Source: Candidatus Poribacteria bacterium
Lineage (GTDB): Bacteria; Poribacteria; WGA-4E; PCPOR2b
Direction: 5' to 3'
DNA length: 64,000 bases
Assembly: GCA_022822005.1 (NCBI GenBank)
Contig: JAJECO010000040.1
Coordinates: 90 to 64,089, forward strand
In this document: positions 47,148 to 56,220 of the stretch, in pieces
Position numbering within the stretch: the first letter of the stretch is position 1
Layout: each line of letters starts with the position of its first letter
The notes under the pieces: generated by a model
Seen by the model: the letters and a program-made list of their open reading frames with translations, nothing else
Database searches by the model: none
Told to the model about the DNA's origin: nothing
Program-made: the position numbers and the translations under genes

Positions 47148-47912
47148 CTATTCCCTTTCTGCTTGTGTGTTAGCAACTTTCAATCTATCCAAAACATGCT
47201 CAAAATTAGCAATAATAGGCTTATAGTAAATATGATGCGCCTCTTCATATTTAAGACCATCTGATGCGGACTCCCCAATTACATCAAACATCATGTCTAC
47301 CAGTGGATCTATATGTTCAGGATGTTTTCGGGCAGCTCTCATAAGTCTCACATACAAGGAGAGAGGCATTCCAAATATAGGTTTCTTGATAAAACCTTCT
47401 TTAGATTCATCTTTGCCAATAGACCACATATAGACAGTATATTCAATTTTGTTATTTACCTTTTTTGCTTCGGCAATCAGACCTGAATATATTCCTATTG
47501 ATGATGAGGCCGAGTAAAGCCCTTTGTAACGAGGCATCCATTTAGCAATATGTGTATTTTCTCGCATGAGCATCAATAGACTATCACCTATCTCTAATGT
47601 GACAAAGTCCTGCCCCATTGAATTCCAGTGATTCTTACCTCCAGGAATACAAAATGTTACTGTATCCTTATCAATGTTTGGAATGCCTTCTATGAGTTTA
47701 TCAACATTGAAAGTAAGGTCAGTAACATATCCATTTGTTACTGGGTTATGGACGTATTGCCTTTTAACGAGTGTCCCAATAAAAACCAATTCAGTTCGCT
47801 TCATGTATGCAGAGAAGGGTTCCTTGACTATACTTGATCCTACGGCGAGATTCCCACAAACAAACAGTAAGGTAAGGGGCAGGGTTAATATTACAAAACG
47901 TTTGGCGTTCAT
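47148..47912 (-). CDS. Hypothetical secreted protein, sitting in a visibly AT-richer segment.
   Basis: Signal peptide MNAKRFVILTLPLTLLFVCGNLAVGS. 254 aa, no recognisable domain. Local base composition is clearly lower in GC than the flanks. Confidence 0.55.
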   Translation of the reverse strand: MNAKRFVILTLPLTLLFVCGNLAVGSSIVKEPFSAYMKRTELVFIGTLVKRQYVHNPVTNGYVTDLTFNVDKLIEGIPNIDKDTVTFCIPGGKNHWNSMGQDFVTLEIGDSLLMLMRENTHIAKWMPRYKGLYSASSSIGIYSGLIAEAKKVNNKIEYTVYMWSIGKDESKEGFIKKPIFGMPLSLYVRLMRAARKHPEHIDPLVDMMFDVIGESASDGLKYEEAHHIYYKPIIANFEHVLDRLKVANTQAERE

Positions 47913-48049
47913 CTTTAATCTCCCTCCGCTATTGAGATCTCATCGTTCGGATGGGAGGCCCAGAGCTGAGTGGAACAATTTCATTGACGACCCAAGACAA
48001 ATGGTAATTGGTTCAATTTATCAAATATCAGTAGAACCAGCAACTCGCG

Positions 48050-48604
48050 TTAATTCAGTGGAGGCGTGTGGGGATCTGTCAAACGGTGTGCTTTTCGCAC
48101 CAGCTCCGGATTAATAGAAAACCGCTTGGCGGCATCAATCAGATGATTCACGTGATCGTGCATATCCTTTTCCATCTGGGAGATACGGCCCAACAGATAG
48201 GGTCTACCGCTCTGATAGATTGCATCTTTGATGGTCGAAACCAACTCTGCATAGATTGCGTCTGACTCGCCGGTCTCAAGCGCAACAGCGATCTCAAATG
48301 CGTCATTGAGAGTAACCTGTTTTGCACTTACACGCTCTTCATATTCACTCAATGTGTTGTTAATCCGTTCGATAGATACATCGGCTAACTGAGGACCGGG
48401 GGCATCTAGCCCAAAGGTCTGGGCACAGAGCGAACGTCCAAAACCGACGAGGAGATGGTGCTGCCACTCCTCTGCGCTCATCTCCTGCCAAAATCGCGCA
48501 ATTCGTTCATCGACATCGCCCAATCGGACAGATAGCGTCGCGTATAGTTTTGCATGTCTCAGTTCAATCTCTTGGCATAAATCAAAGGTTTCTGCTAAAG
48601 TCAT
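48050..48604 (-). CDS. Hypothetical protein, possibly a ferritin-like diiron four-helix-bundle domain.
   Basis: ExxH-type pairs (ELRHAKL, EEWQHH, EKDMHDH). Start moved to ATG 48604 (MTLAETF) with GGGAGGGTGAG SD. Lies directly downstream of the antiporter gene. Confidence 0.45.
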   Translation of the reverse strand: MTLAETFDLCQEIELRHAKLYATLSVRLGDVDERIARFWQEMSAEEWQHHLLVGFGRSLCAQTFGLDAPGPQLADVSIERINNTLSEYEERVSAKQVTLNDAFEIAVALETGESDAIYAELVSTIKDAIYQSGRPYLLGRISQMEKDMHDHVNHLIDAAKRFSINPELVRKAHRLTDPHTPPLN

Positions 48605-48639
48605 AGCTAACTCACCCTCCCTTCCACAGCATTTCATCC

Positions 48640-50631
48640 TCATGTATCCTTTCCGAGAGCCAATTGGTGTCGTAGGGAATAAACAGCGTGTGAGGATTGC
48701 CCGTATTCACCAAATCGCAGCTCCAACTCTTCCAGACTTTCCAACGAGCCAACCACTGTAACCCAATCACCAGTCTGGAACTCTGTATAACCGTGCGTAA
48801 TTATGATATGCCCAGCACGGCGAGCCGATAGGATTAAGGCATCGGACGGCAGACGCAGATCCCGGACAGCCATACCCGCCAAGTTGGGATTACGGACCTC
48901 CAAATCAATAATATCGTAGTTCTCCTCCATCCCAAGTAACAGTGATATTGATGATGGGGCCCGAACAAAATGGTCCAGTAAACTAATGATTGCCGTGGAG
49001 GGTCTGACAGTAAACGCGCCCAATTCACGGAAACGATCATAATTTGCCAAATGGTTCAGTCGCACAACGAGGTTATCTGTTCCAAAATGCTCATAGGTAA
49101 GTTCACAGATACGGTAATTTTCTTCGTCAGACAGCATGGCGACAACGGCACCGGCTTCTCCTACACCAAATGTTTGCAATTCATCTAACGAAAGACCAGG
49201 CATCGGACGGGCATCAAAATACGAACTTGTCACATTTTCTATCTCTTCCGTTTGACTGTATGCGACCTTTACCTCCCAATCATGTGCACGCAGCTGCCGA
49301 GCAAGCGCCAGCGATTGACTATCCGAACCAAAAATGATGGCACTGTGTATCTGATCTGGCTCAGATTTCTTGGCACGTGGACGCGCTTCCTTCACCCAGA
49401 CGAGCGCCCATTTGAAAAGGGTAGGTCCGATAAGCTGATTCACCACGATGGTCGAAATCATCAGTGTGGCAAAAGCTGGGCCCCACGCCGGAAACGCACC
49501 TCCGACCTCTTTAGCCAGTCCCAATCCAACGCCGGCTTGTGTGATATACGCCATCCAGCTGACTCTGTTGTACGTCATTGGGTCTCCAGCCAGAACGCCG
49601 CCGGTCAAAGAGCCGATGAATATCACTACAAAACGAACCGCAACCAACAGTAACGTAATTGGCCAAATATCTGCCAAGATGTCCAAAGTAAGTGAGGCAC
49701 CGGTCAGTGTGAAAAAGGCGATATAAACCAGCGGTCCAACCTCGTGCAACGTCTTCAGGAACTCATCCCGCGTGTCGGTCCTGTTAATCAGCCAGAAACT
49801 CCCAATCATGCAAACGAGCAGTGGCTCAATAAACACTTCAAACGGTAGGATAGCATGGGTGGCGTGGCGAATCCAAACGGATACGGCAAAGACAGCATAG
49901 CCTGTCAGTAAGATGCCGACTATCTTTGCACCGTGATTGATTCGGCTTGACAGAATCCGTTGTAAAATTCTTCCGACGACATATCCGGCCGCCACTGCTA
50001 CCGCCAACTCAGCGAATAACAGAGCGATGAAGGTTAGATTAAACCGAAGTCCGGTGAGAAGGGCATCTGCGATAGACGCATTGACAGCAAACAGGATGAT
50101 GACAAGGACATCCGTAACAACAGTAACACCCATGACTGTTTGCGTGAATGGTCCTTTGGCACGGAGTTCTTTTATGATCGCAACGGCGGAGGAGGGAGAC
50201 CGAGCGACCAAAATCGCACCGGCAAGGATAGCAATGGCAATTCGACCTGTGACTGGAAGGCCACGCATAAATGGCATGAAATCTGCCAACACAAAAACGG
50301 TCAAGCTGCCTAAGATGAAGGTGCTGACGACAATACCAATACTTACCAATTTAATGCTCTTAAATCGGCTTCTCAGCTCCTTCAAGTACAGTTCACTTCC
50401 GGCGACAAAGGCAATAAATGCCAAGGAGAGCTCATCCACAAAGCGTAACCGCTCGGTCGCCTCTACAGAAATGAAGTCGAATATAAAGGGACCTGCGATT
50501 ATACCGGTAAAGAGAAAGCCACTGATCAAAGGGAGTTTAAATTTGGCAAAAAACTGTCCAATCTGTTTTGAAGCCAACGCGATGAGAACAAAACCGGCGA
50601 CAAACATGAACAGGTTTTGATAGGCTGCCAT
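48640..50631 (-). CDS. Monovalent cation:proton antiporter-2 (CPA2/Kef-type) with C-terminal RCK (TrkA-N/TrkA-C) regulatory domains.
   Basis: 663 aa. About 12 TMs with the Na_H exchanger fold pattern. C-terminus has IIFGSDSQSLALARQL (Rossmann GxGxxG-like) and a TrkA-C region. Confidence 0.85.
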   Translation of the reverse strand: MAAYQNLFMFVAGFVLIALASKQIGQFFAKFKLPLISGFLFTGIIAGPFIFDFISVEATERLRFVDELSLAFIAFVAGSELYLKELRSRFKSIKLVSIGIVVSTFILGSLTVFVLADFMPFMRGLPVTGRIAIAILAGAILVARSPSSAVAIIKELRAKGPFTQTVMGVTVVTDVLVIILFAVNASIADALLTGLRFNLTFIALLFAELAVAVAAGYVVGRILQRILSSRINHGAKIVGILLTGYAVFAVSVWIRHATHAILPFEVFIEPLLVCMIGSFWLINRTDTRDEFLKTLHEVGPLVYIAFFTLTGASLTLDILADIWPITLLLVAVRFVVIFIGSLTGGVLAGDPMTYNRVSWMAYITQAGVGLGLAKEVGGAFPAWGPAFATLMISTIVVNQLIGPTLFKWALVWVKEARPRAKKSEPDQIHSAIIFGSDSQSLALARQLRAHDWEVKVAYSQTEEIENVTSSYFDARPMPGLSLDELQTFGVGEAGAVVAMLSDEENYRICELTYEHFGTDNLVVRLNHLANYDRFRELGAFTVRPSTAIISLLDHFVRAPSSISLLLGMEENYDIIDLEVRNPNLAGMAVRDLRLPSDALILSARRAGHIIITHGYTEFQTGDWVTVVGSLESLEELELRFGEYGQSSHAVYSLRHQLALGKDT

Positions 50632-50677
50632 AGTTACCTCATGTCAATAGGATTAACTAAAGCATTAGCCCGCACCG

Positions 50678-51481
50678 TTAACCCCAATGTCTTGGATGAT
50701 CCCGGAGTATGCTCGGGGGAGTGGAGGAGATAAAAGAGGGGAGCGCGCTTGGGGGCGTCTCCTTCCATGTTTTCACGTCTTTACCGTTTTGCATATCTGC
50801 CTCTTGATTGCGGATAGCGGTGATGATGACTTTTGCCGCTTGTTCATCGCTCACTGATCCAGTATTTAGGACCAAATCGTAGTGCTTGGGATCCGCCCAG
50901 TCGGCATCGTAGTAATGTTTGATATATTGAGCGTGTTGCTTGTCGACGGCATCAACCTCTCTCTCCGCTAAGGGATAGACGATCCCTTGTTCATTCATGA
51001 CCCGTTCAATACGGTCCGCAACAGGTGCGACGAAGCGCACGTGAAGCGCATTTGGTCTATCCGCGAGAATCATCTGGCTTCCACGTCCGACAACGACAAC
51101 ATTGTCCATCTTCCACAGTTTTTCAATGATATGCTGGAAGAACCTCAAGACCTCCGTTTCAGTGGGAATAAGGTCCTCATCAAATGCTATATCCCTCTCG
51201 ACAGGATAGCTATCCATCAGAAATTCGGAGGGGTAGTAGTAGTAAGGGAAATCCAGGTATCGCGAGAATTCCGGGACAAAGAGTTTCTTGAGGAAACCCT
51301 TTAGTCCATTTTCACACTTCTCGTCGTAGCGACTAACCTGTTGAGCGGTTGTGTTCGCGGCCTGTGCCACCTCGTTGAGGATATTCTTATCAAAATAGTT
51401 ATATCCTAGGTCCTGAGCAACTTGTCGGGCAATCTCTGTGCCGCGACTGTAGTATTCTCTTGAGACTGTAATGACTGCCAT
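50678..51481 (-). CDS. Cytidylate-kinase-like family (AAA_33-type) P-loop NTPase-fold protein.
   Basis: MAVITVSREYYSRGTEIARQVAQDLGYNYFDKNIL matches the cytidylate-kinase-like family N-terminus. 267 aa. Confidence 0.65.
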   Translation of the reverse strand: MAVITVSREYYSRGTEIARQVAQDLGYNYFDKNILNEVAQAANTTAQQVSRYDEKCENGLKGFLKKLFVPEFSRYLDFPYYYYPSEFLMDSYPVERDIAFDEDLIPTETEVLRFFQHIIEKLWKMDNVVVVGRGSQMILADRPNALHVRFVAPVADRIERVMNEQGIVYPLAEREVDAVDKQHAQYIKHYYDADWADPKHYDLVLNTGSVSDEQAAKVIITAIRNQEADMQNGKDVKTWKETPPSALPSFISSTPPSILRDHPRHWG

Positions 51482-51651
51482 GATCGTTTACCTCCTTCTA
51501 TAATGATTGGGACGCGATAGATAGCGCATCCAGATTGTGTTTAGCCTTGCTGCGGTACTTCTTCAGTTTCTTACTAAAATATTAACATTCAATTTTACTG
51601 TTTAGCCATTCTACCTTGGCTTCAAGGAAGCGATGTTGAAGCCACGCTTAT

Positions 51652-51867
51652 CTAAGCAATGTCGTCCGATTCATGTCTTGGACTACCAAATGGAATCGCT
51701 GTATCCTCAAAGATTTCCCACATTGGGGGCTGCATCAACTGATGTGCAACATCAACTCCTTCACGATACTCCTGAAGGATCTCATAGGTCAGTCGATCTA
51801 TCGTATCATTTAATCCATCCTCAAAACCGTTCAGTTTGAGCCTCAAAGACGCCTCACCCCATAGCAT
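51652..51867 (-). CDS. Small hypothetical protein (71 aa, acidic).
   Basis: Strong SD AAGGAGGA 7 nt upstream of ATG 51867. Lies 34 nt downstream of the response-regulator gene. No homology recognised. Confidence 0.4.
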   Translation of the reverse strand: MLWGEASLRLKLNGFEDGLNDTIDRLTYEILQEYREGVDVAHQLMQPPMWEIFEDTAIPFGSPRHESDDIA

Positions 51868-51901
51868 GTCAATTTCCTCCTTGTTTTTTGATGTTTGTCT
51901 C

Positions 51902-52492
51902 TCACCCAGTTACCTTTTTTTCCACAAGTGAATCAACACGCTTCACAAGTTCCTTGTAATCAAAGGGTTTGTCAAGGTAGTCTGCACAACCGGTGCGCCT
52001 TAGTTCACGAAACAGCGAGCGGTTTCCATAGGCGGTGATGAGCAGAACGGGGATTTTGATTTTCAGATAATGCAACTCATCAATCAACTGAAGTCCGGTT
52101 AAACCGGGTAGCCGAAGATCCGTGATGAGTAGATCTACCGGGTGACCGTTCTCTCGTGCCGCCAATATTTCTTCTAATGCTTGTTGACCCTCCGCAGCGG
52201 TTGTGACCTGATAATTCGCAGATTCCAGAATAAATGCAAGGGTGTTAAGCATGTTCTGTTCGTCATCAACGACGAGGATATGTTCCTTTGCCATATTCTC
52301 CATGTAGACCGTTACAGGCAAAGGACTCGGTTGGACGGCGGGACTGAGACTGGACTCCGCAGGCACAAGCTCAGTGTGCCGCTCGGACGTTCCAAATTGT
52401 GACTCGATCCCGTAGGATTCCGCCCTATCAACTTCACCAATTCTTGTGCTGAGTAGTGCTTCCTGACCGAGAGTTTGCGTTAGAGTCTCCAT
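51902..52492 (-). CDS. Response regulator: receiver (REC) domain only, with a ~65-aa Ser/Pro-rich N-terminal extension.
   Basis: HILVVDDEQNML...DLLITDLRLPGLTGLQL...PVLLITAY...K (D-D-D...T...K receiver signature). AGGAAG SD at the 196-aa start. Confidence 0.7.
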   Translation of the reverse strand: METLTQTLGQEALLSTRIGEVDRAESYGIESQFGTSERHTELVPAESSLSPAVQPSPLPVTVYMENMAKEHILVVDDEQNMLNTLAFILESANYQVTTAAEGQQALEEILAARENGHPVDLLITDLRLPGLTGLQLIDELHYLKIKIPVLLITAYGNRSLFRELRRTGCADYLDKPFDYKELVKRVDSLVEKKVTG

Positions 52493-52544
52493 AATTCTTC
52501 CTGTGTTATTTGAATGGTTCCTGTTGAAAAAAACAAACCCACGT

Positions 52545-53039
52545 TTAGCCGTCGCTCTCGCGTTCGCCTAACTCCTTGTCTAACAGATACAGAGCCGTGC
52601 CCTGATCACCAATCATTTTTAGCTGATCCAGTATCTGACGGGCTTGCTTCTCCTCTTCGACCTGCTCGGAAATAAACCATTGTAGCTCCACCTGCATGGG
52701 GTAATCTTTTTCTTGGACCGCCAGTTCGTAGAGTCGATCAATGGTCTCTGTTACGTGCACTTCATGCTGCATGACCTGCTGGAAGGCATCTGTCGGAGAC
52801 TGAAATTCTATAGGCGGCTGAGCAATCGCTTCAAAGGTTGCCTGTCCGTTCCTGTCGTGGAGATAGTCAAACAACTTCATCCCGTGTGTCCGCTCTTCCT
52901 CACCCTGTAACCGCATCCAATGCGCGAAACCACCCAAATTAAGTGATTCAAAATAGGCTGACACCGACAGGTAAAAGTAAGATGAGTAAAATTCATGGTT
53001 AATTTGTCTGTTCAACGCTTCCTGAATTACTGGCTTCAA
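52545..53039 (-). CDS. ftn: Ferritin (non-heme, Ftn-type).
   Basis: MKPVIQEALNRQINHEFYSSYFYLSVSAYF...EEERTHGMKLFDYL: ferritin ferroxidase-site residues. 164 aa. Confidence 0.85.
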   Translation of the reverse strand: MKPVIQEALNRQINHEFYSSYFYLSVSAYFESLNLGGFAHWMRLQGEEERTHGMKLFDYLHDRNGQATFEAIAQPPIEFQSPTDAFQQVMQHEVHVTETIDRLYELAVQEKDYPMQVELQWFISEQVEEEKQARQILDQLKMIGDQGTALYLLDKELGERESDG

Positions 53040-53520
53040 TGCGGTTTCTCCTTCCTGTTTTTTGGATTCTTCTCAACACCTTTGCCATGCTATGTGCAAA
53101 ATAGATGCCAAAATGTGCCAGGATGAGAGTATACAACCTCTTAGCCTCTGTCTTACACCGGAGACAATCACGCCGAAACCGCTCTGTTTACTGCTTTCAC
53201 GCGCTTCACAGAATTACTCTGAAATCGGATGGATACCACTAATTGATATGAATAGGGTCTGGGAAAAAAACTGAAAGGGGTGAAACGGATGGGAGCGTCA
53301 TTTTGAGATAGATGGCTCGCAAACCCTTTTAAATTCAAGGTCCGGGGCGAAAGAAACAGATGTTTCTGAAAGAAACAAATGTTTCACCCCTTGGAAAGCG
53401 CAGGAAGCAGATTCTAAAAAAAATAAATGCCTTCCCAATCAAATCGTGTTATAATCAGTTTTCGTAAGTTCCGATGGAGTTTGTATTCCGCATTTCGACA
53501 GTGTCCCCAGAGGGAGAGCC

Positions 53521-54258
53521 ATGAATCCAGTCCAAACAATTTCAGCCGAAGAGTTAGAATTGCTTAAAGCGGTAGATACGCCCACAATTTGTAACGTTAT
53601 AGAACTGTTTGATGTACGTCCACGCAACGCGGGCTATATGGATGACCGCATCCAATCCTGTTTCCCGGAAATGCCGCCGATGGTTGGGTATGCAACAACA
53701 GCGACGCTTTCTACCAGTAATCCGCCGCGTGAAGGAGAGACCTACGCCGGTATGGATAGCCAGATCGAACAGATCAACTCGATTCCTGAACCTCGTGTGG
53801 TTGTCTTCCAAGATCTCGATGTCCCAGCCGCTGCGGCAACCTTTGGCGAAGTGATGTGCATGACCTATCAGACCTTCGGTTGCGTAGGACTGGTCACGAG
53901 TGGTGCTGGGCGAGATTTAGATCAGGTCCGGGAGATCAATTTTCCCACCTTCACGAGCGGGACCAACCCCTCTCACGGCTACCACCAAATAGCGGAGGTG
54001 AACATCCCGGTGCATGTCGGTGGGACTACAGTCTACCCCGGGGATTTGATACATGGGGATTGCAACGGCGTAACGACTATTCCGAACCATATTGCCGGCA
54101 GTGTTGCGCATCTGTGCGCGGAATATATGGAAGCCGAAGGCTATGTGCTCGACTTTCTTAAAACCGGGGAGCGTGACTTAGCAGGATGGCAGTCAGCACG
54201 GGCTGCATCCGCGGAGAAGATGGCTGAACTCCGACAACGCGCGCTGAATTCGTTATGA
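53521..54258 (+). CDS. RraA family protein (RraA-like / 4-hydroxy-4-methyl-2-oxoglutarate aldolase / oxaloacetate decarboxylase fold).
   Basis: 245 aa. Family-typical pattern ...DTPTICN...GDL...GDCNGV. GAGGGAGAG SD. Confidence 0.75.
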   Translation: MNPVQTISAEELELLKAVDTPTICNVIELFDVRPRNAGYMDDRIQSCFPEMPPMVGYATTATLSTSNPPREGETYAGMDSQIEQINSIPEPRVVVFQDLDVPAAAATFGEVMCMTYQTFGCVGLVTSGAGRDLDQVREINFPTFTSGTNPSHGYHQIAEVNIPVHVGGTTVYPGDLIHGDCNGVTTIPNHIAGSVAHLCAEYMEAEGYVLDFLKTGERDLAGWQSARAASAEKMAELRQRALNSL

Positions 54259-55190
54259 AAATCGGATTGCTCTATGAACCCGCGTACTGGTTCCTGTTAG
54301 CAGACCTGGTTCAAGGGCTTGAGCATGAGATTAGGCTTGCGGGGGGACAGAGTTATCGACTGACACCGGCAATGCTCGGTCAGATGGACATAGACTTGGT
54401 TTATGTGTTACCCTACGATGAGCTTGAAACACTGAAACAGATTGAAGCAGAACGACTTGTCATCAATTCAGTGAGATCGCAGGAGATTGCCATTGATAAA
54501 ATAGCAACTTCTCGGCTTATTATTGAAAACGACCTACCGACACCTGAAACGACCATCTCCCAGACCCCCGATGCAGTGATAGAAATATTAGACCGTTACG
54601 GAATAGCGTTATTGAAATCGACAAATCTATGCGGCGGTGCGGGGCATCGGATCTTACGGCATGAGGGAGGAACGATAACGACACGGAGGCGAGATCGGAC
54701 CTATCAGGTCGTCTTTGGACAGCGCAACCGCATCCTTGATCAGACGCTGGTGCTTGCGCCGCCCTACTATGTGCAACAGTTCATCGGCACGGCTGCACAA
54801 ACCAATGATCGCGTCTATCGTATGTATGTTGTTGGAAACAAGGTGGTTATGGGTACAATGCGCGTGAAGGAGGGCGTTAATACGGCTGAAGCGTCAATTA
54901 TTAACGCTGCAACGGGAGCACGTTATGAGTTCCTACAAACGGTTGATGAAGAGATGGTATCACTTGCCCTGAGTTTGGCGGATCTGATTGGGTTTGAGAT
55001 TGGTGTCGTTGATTTGTTGCGCGATCCGTCAGGACGTCCACTGCTCATCGAAGCCGACTGCGATGGTCGCCACCTGTTCATCTGCCGTAAATTCCAAGAG
55101 GTCTCCGAATACAGCAGTCCCTACAATTTTAATGCACATCTTGTCAAACGACTTGCGGAAATTGCGGACGGCGCTCCGCACCGCCCATGA
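54255..55190 (+). CDS. ATP-grasp fold ligase (RimK / glutathione-synthetase-like).
   Basis: 311 aa. ATGA overlap with the RraA-like gene. Pattern ...LLKSTNLCGGAGHRIL...YRMYVVGNKVV...EADCDG is consistent with ATP-grasp. Weaker than the other calls. Confidence 0.55.
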   Translation: MKIGLLYEPAYWFLLADLVQGLEHEIRLAGGQSYRLTPAMLGQMDIDLVYVLPYDELETLKQIEAERLVINSVRSQEIAIDKIATSRLIIENDLPTPETTISQTPDAVIEILDRYGIALLKSTNLCGGAGHRILRHEGGTITTRRRDRTYQVVFGQRNRILDQTLVLAPPYYVQQFIGTAAQTNDRVYRMYVVGNKVVMGTMRVKEGVNTAEASIINAATGARYEFLQTVDEEMVSLALSLADLIGFEIGVVDLLRDPSGRPLLIEADCDGRHLFICRKFQEVSEYSSPYNFNAHLVKRLAEIADGAPHRP

Positions 55191-55215
55191 TGAATAACGC
55201 TCAAGGAGATTTGAT

Positions 55216-56046
55216 ATGACCCAACAAGAACAACAAACCTTCTTTGAAAAAGAGGGCTACCTTGTCGTAGAGAATCTACTATCGCCAGAAGAATTGGTGG
55301 AATGTCAGGCTGAAATTCTACGCCTGCACAAACTTGCCGCCGAACTGGAAGCGAAGGGCGAAAATGGTCACTTTCAACGTGAGCCTTACGCTAAAAACGA
55401 GGCACAGGAAATGACGACCCACGGTGTCGCGGATGATAGGCTTCCGGTGCTAAGAAAGGCTGAAAACACCCGCCAATATTCGGACGTATTTCGTCGCCTC
55501 TCAGTCCATCCGAAACTAATCCAAGTTGTGCAAAAGCTTCTTGGACCCGATCTCTTGCTGTTCAGAAGTACACTGATGTTCAAGCCGGCATTCCACGGCT
55601 CCGCACACGGCATCCATCAGGATTCCGCGTATTGGCCCATGGAGCCGCCGAAGTTGGTAACGGTGAGCATTGCACTCAACGACGCCACACCTGAAAATGG
55701 ATGTTTTCAGGTGATTCCCCAGAGCCACAAATGGGGGCTTCAGTCTTGGGGACATATCGCTCGCGAACAGGATGAATCTCTGACAGACCATGAGGATCGC
55801 GATTTTTCAGGACAGATTGAGGTTCCCCTTTCTGCGGGGAGTGCGCTATTCTTCCACAGTCTCATGGCGCACGGCTCTGGCCCGAATCGCTCACCAAATC
55901 CGAGGAACACCGCACTTTACGCATACTTCTCGCCGCAGGTCCGTTATGTGCCACGCAACGGCAAGCCGGAACGGAAGTCGTTCCCAGTCGCCGCCGGGCT
56001 TGGTGGCAAAGAGGAATTGACACTCGTTGCCGAAAGTGCTGAGTAG
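55216..56046 (+). CDS. Phytanoyl-CoA dioxygenase (PhyH) family Fe(II)/2OG oxygenase.
   Basis: HQDSAYWP ... FFHSLMAHGSGPN (HxD...H triad). 276 aa. AAGGAGA SD. Confidence 0.8.
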   Translation: MTQQEQQTFFEKEGYLVVENLLSPEELVECQAEILRLHKLAAELEAKGENGHFQREPYAKNEAQEMTTHGVADDRLPVLRKAENTRQYSDVFRRLSVHPKLIQVVQKLLGPDLLLFRSTLMFKPAFHGSAHGIHQDSAYWPMEPPKLVTVSIALNDATPENGCFQVIPQSHKWGLQSWGHIAREQDESLTDHEDRDFSGQIEVPLSAGSALFFHSLMAHGSGPNRSPNPRNTALYAYFSPQVRYVPRNGKPERKSFPVAAGLGGKEELTLVAESAE

Positions 56047-56077
56047 CCATCGAAGCGTGAAACATAATTATAGTGGA

Positions 56078-56175
56078 TTCTAAAAATAATATAGACACTT
56101 TCGCTCCCCATGTTTGGTAAGCGCTGTTTCCAACTGCGCCGGTAGATGCGGTTAGAAAACGCACCTACCGGGGTG
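56078..56175 (-). repeat. Family D ~85-bp element, minus orientation, upstream of the M20 gene.
   Basis: TAGTGGATTCTAAAAATAATATAGACACTTTCGCTCCCCATGTTTGGTAAGCGCTGTTTCC...CCGGTAGATGCGG...CGCACCTACCGG. Confidence 0.6.
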
Positions 56176-56220
56176 ATAGCTCCACCCAACTATCCAATTA
56201 AAAAAGAAATAGGAGAACCG

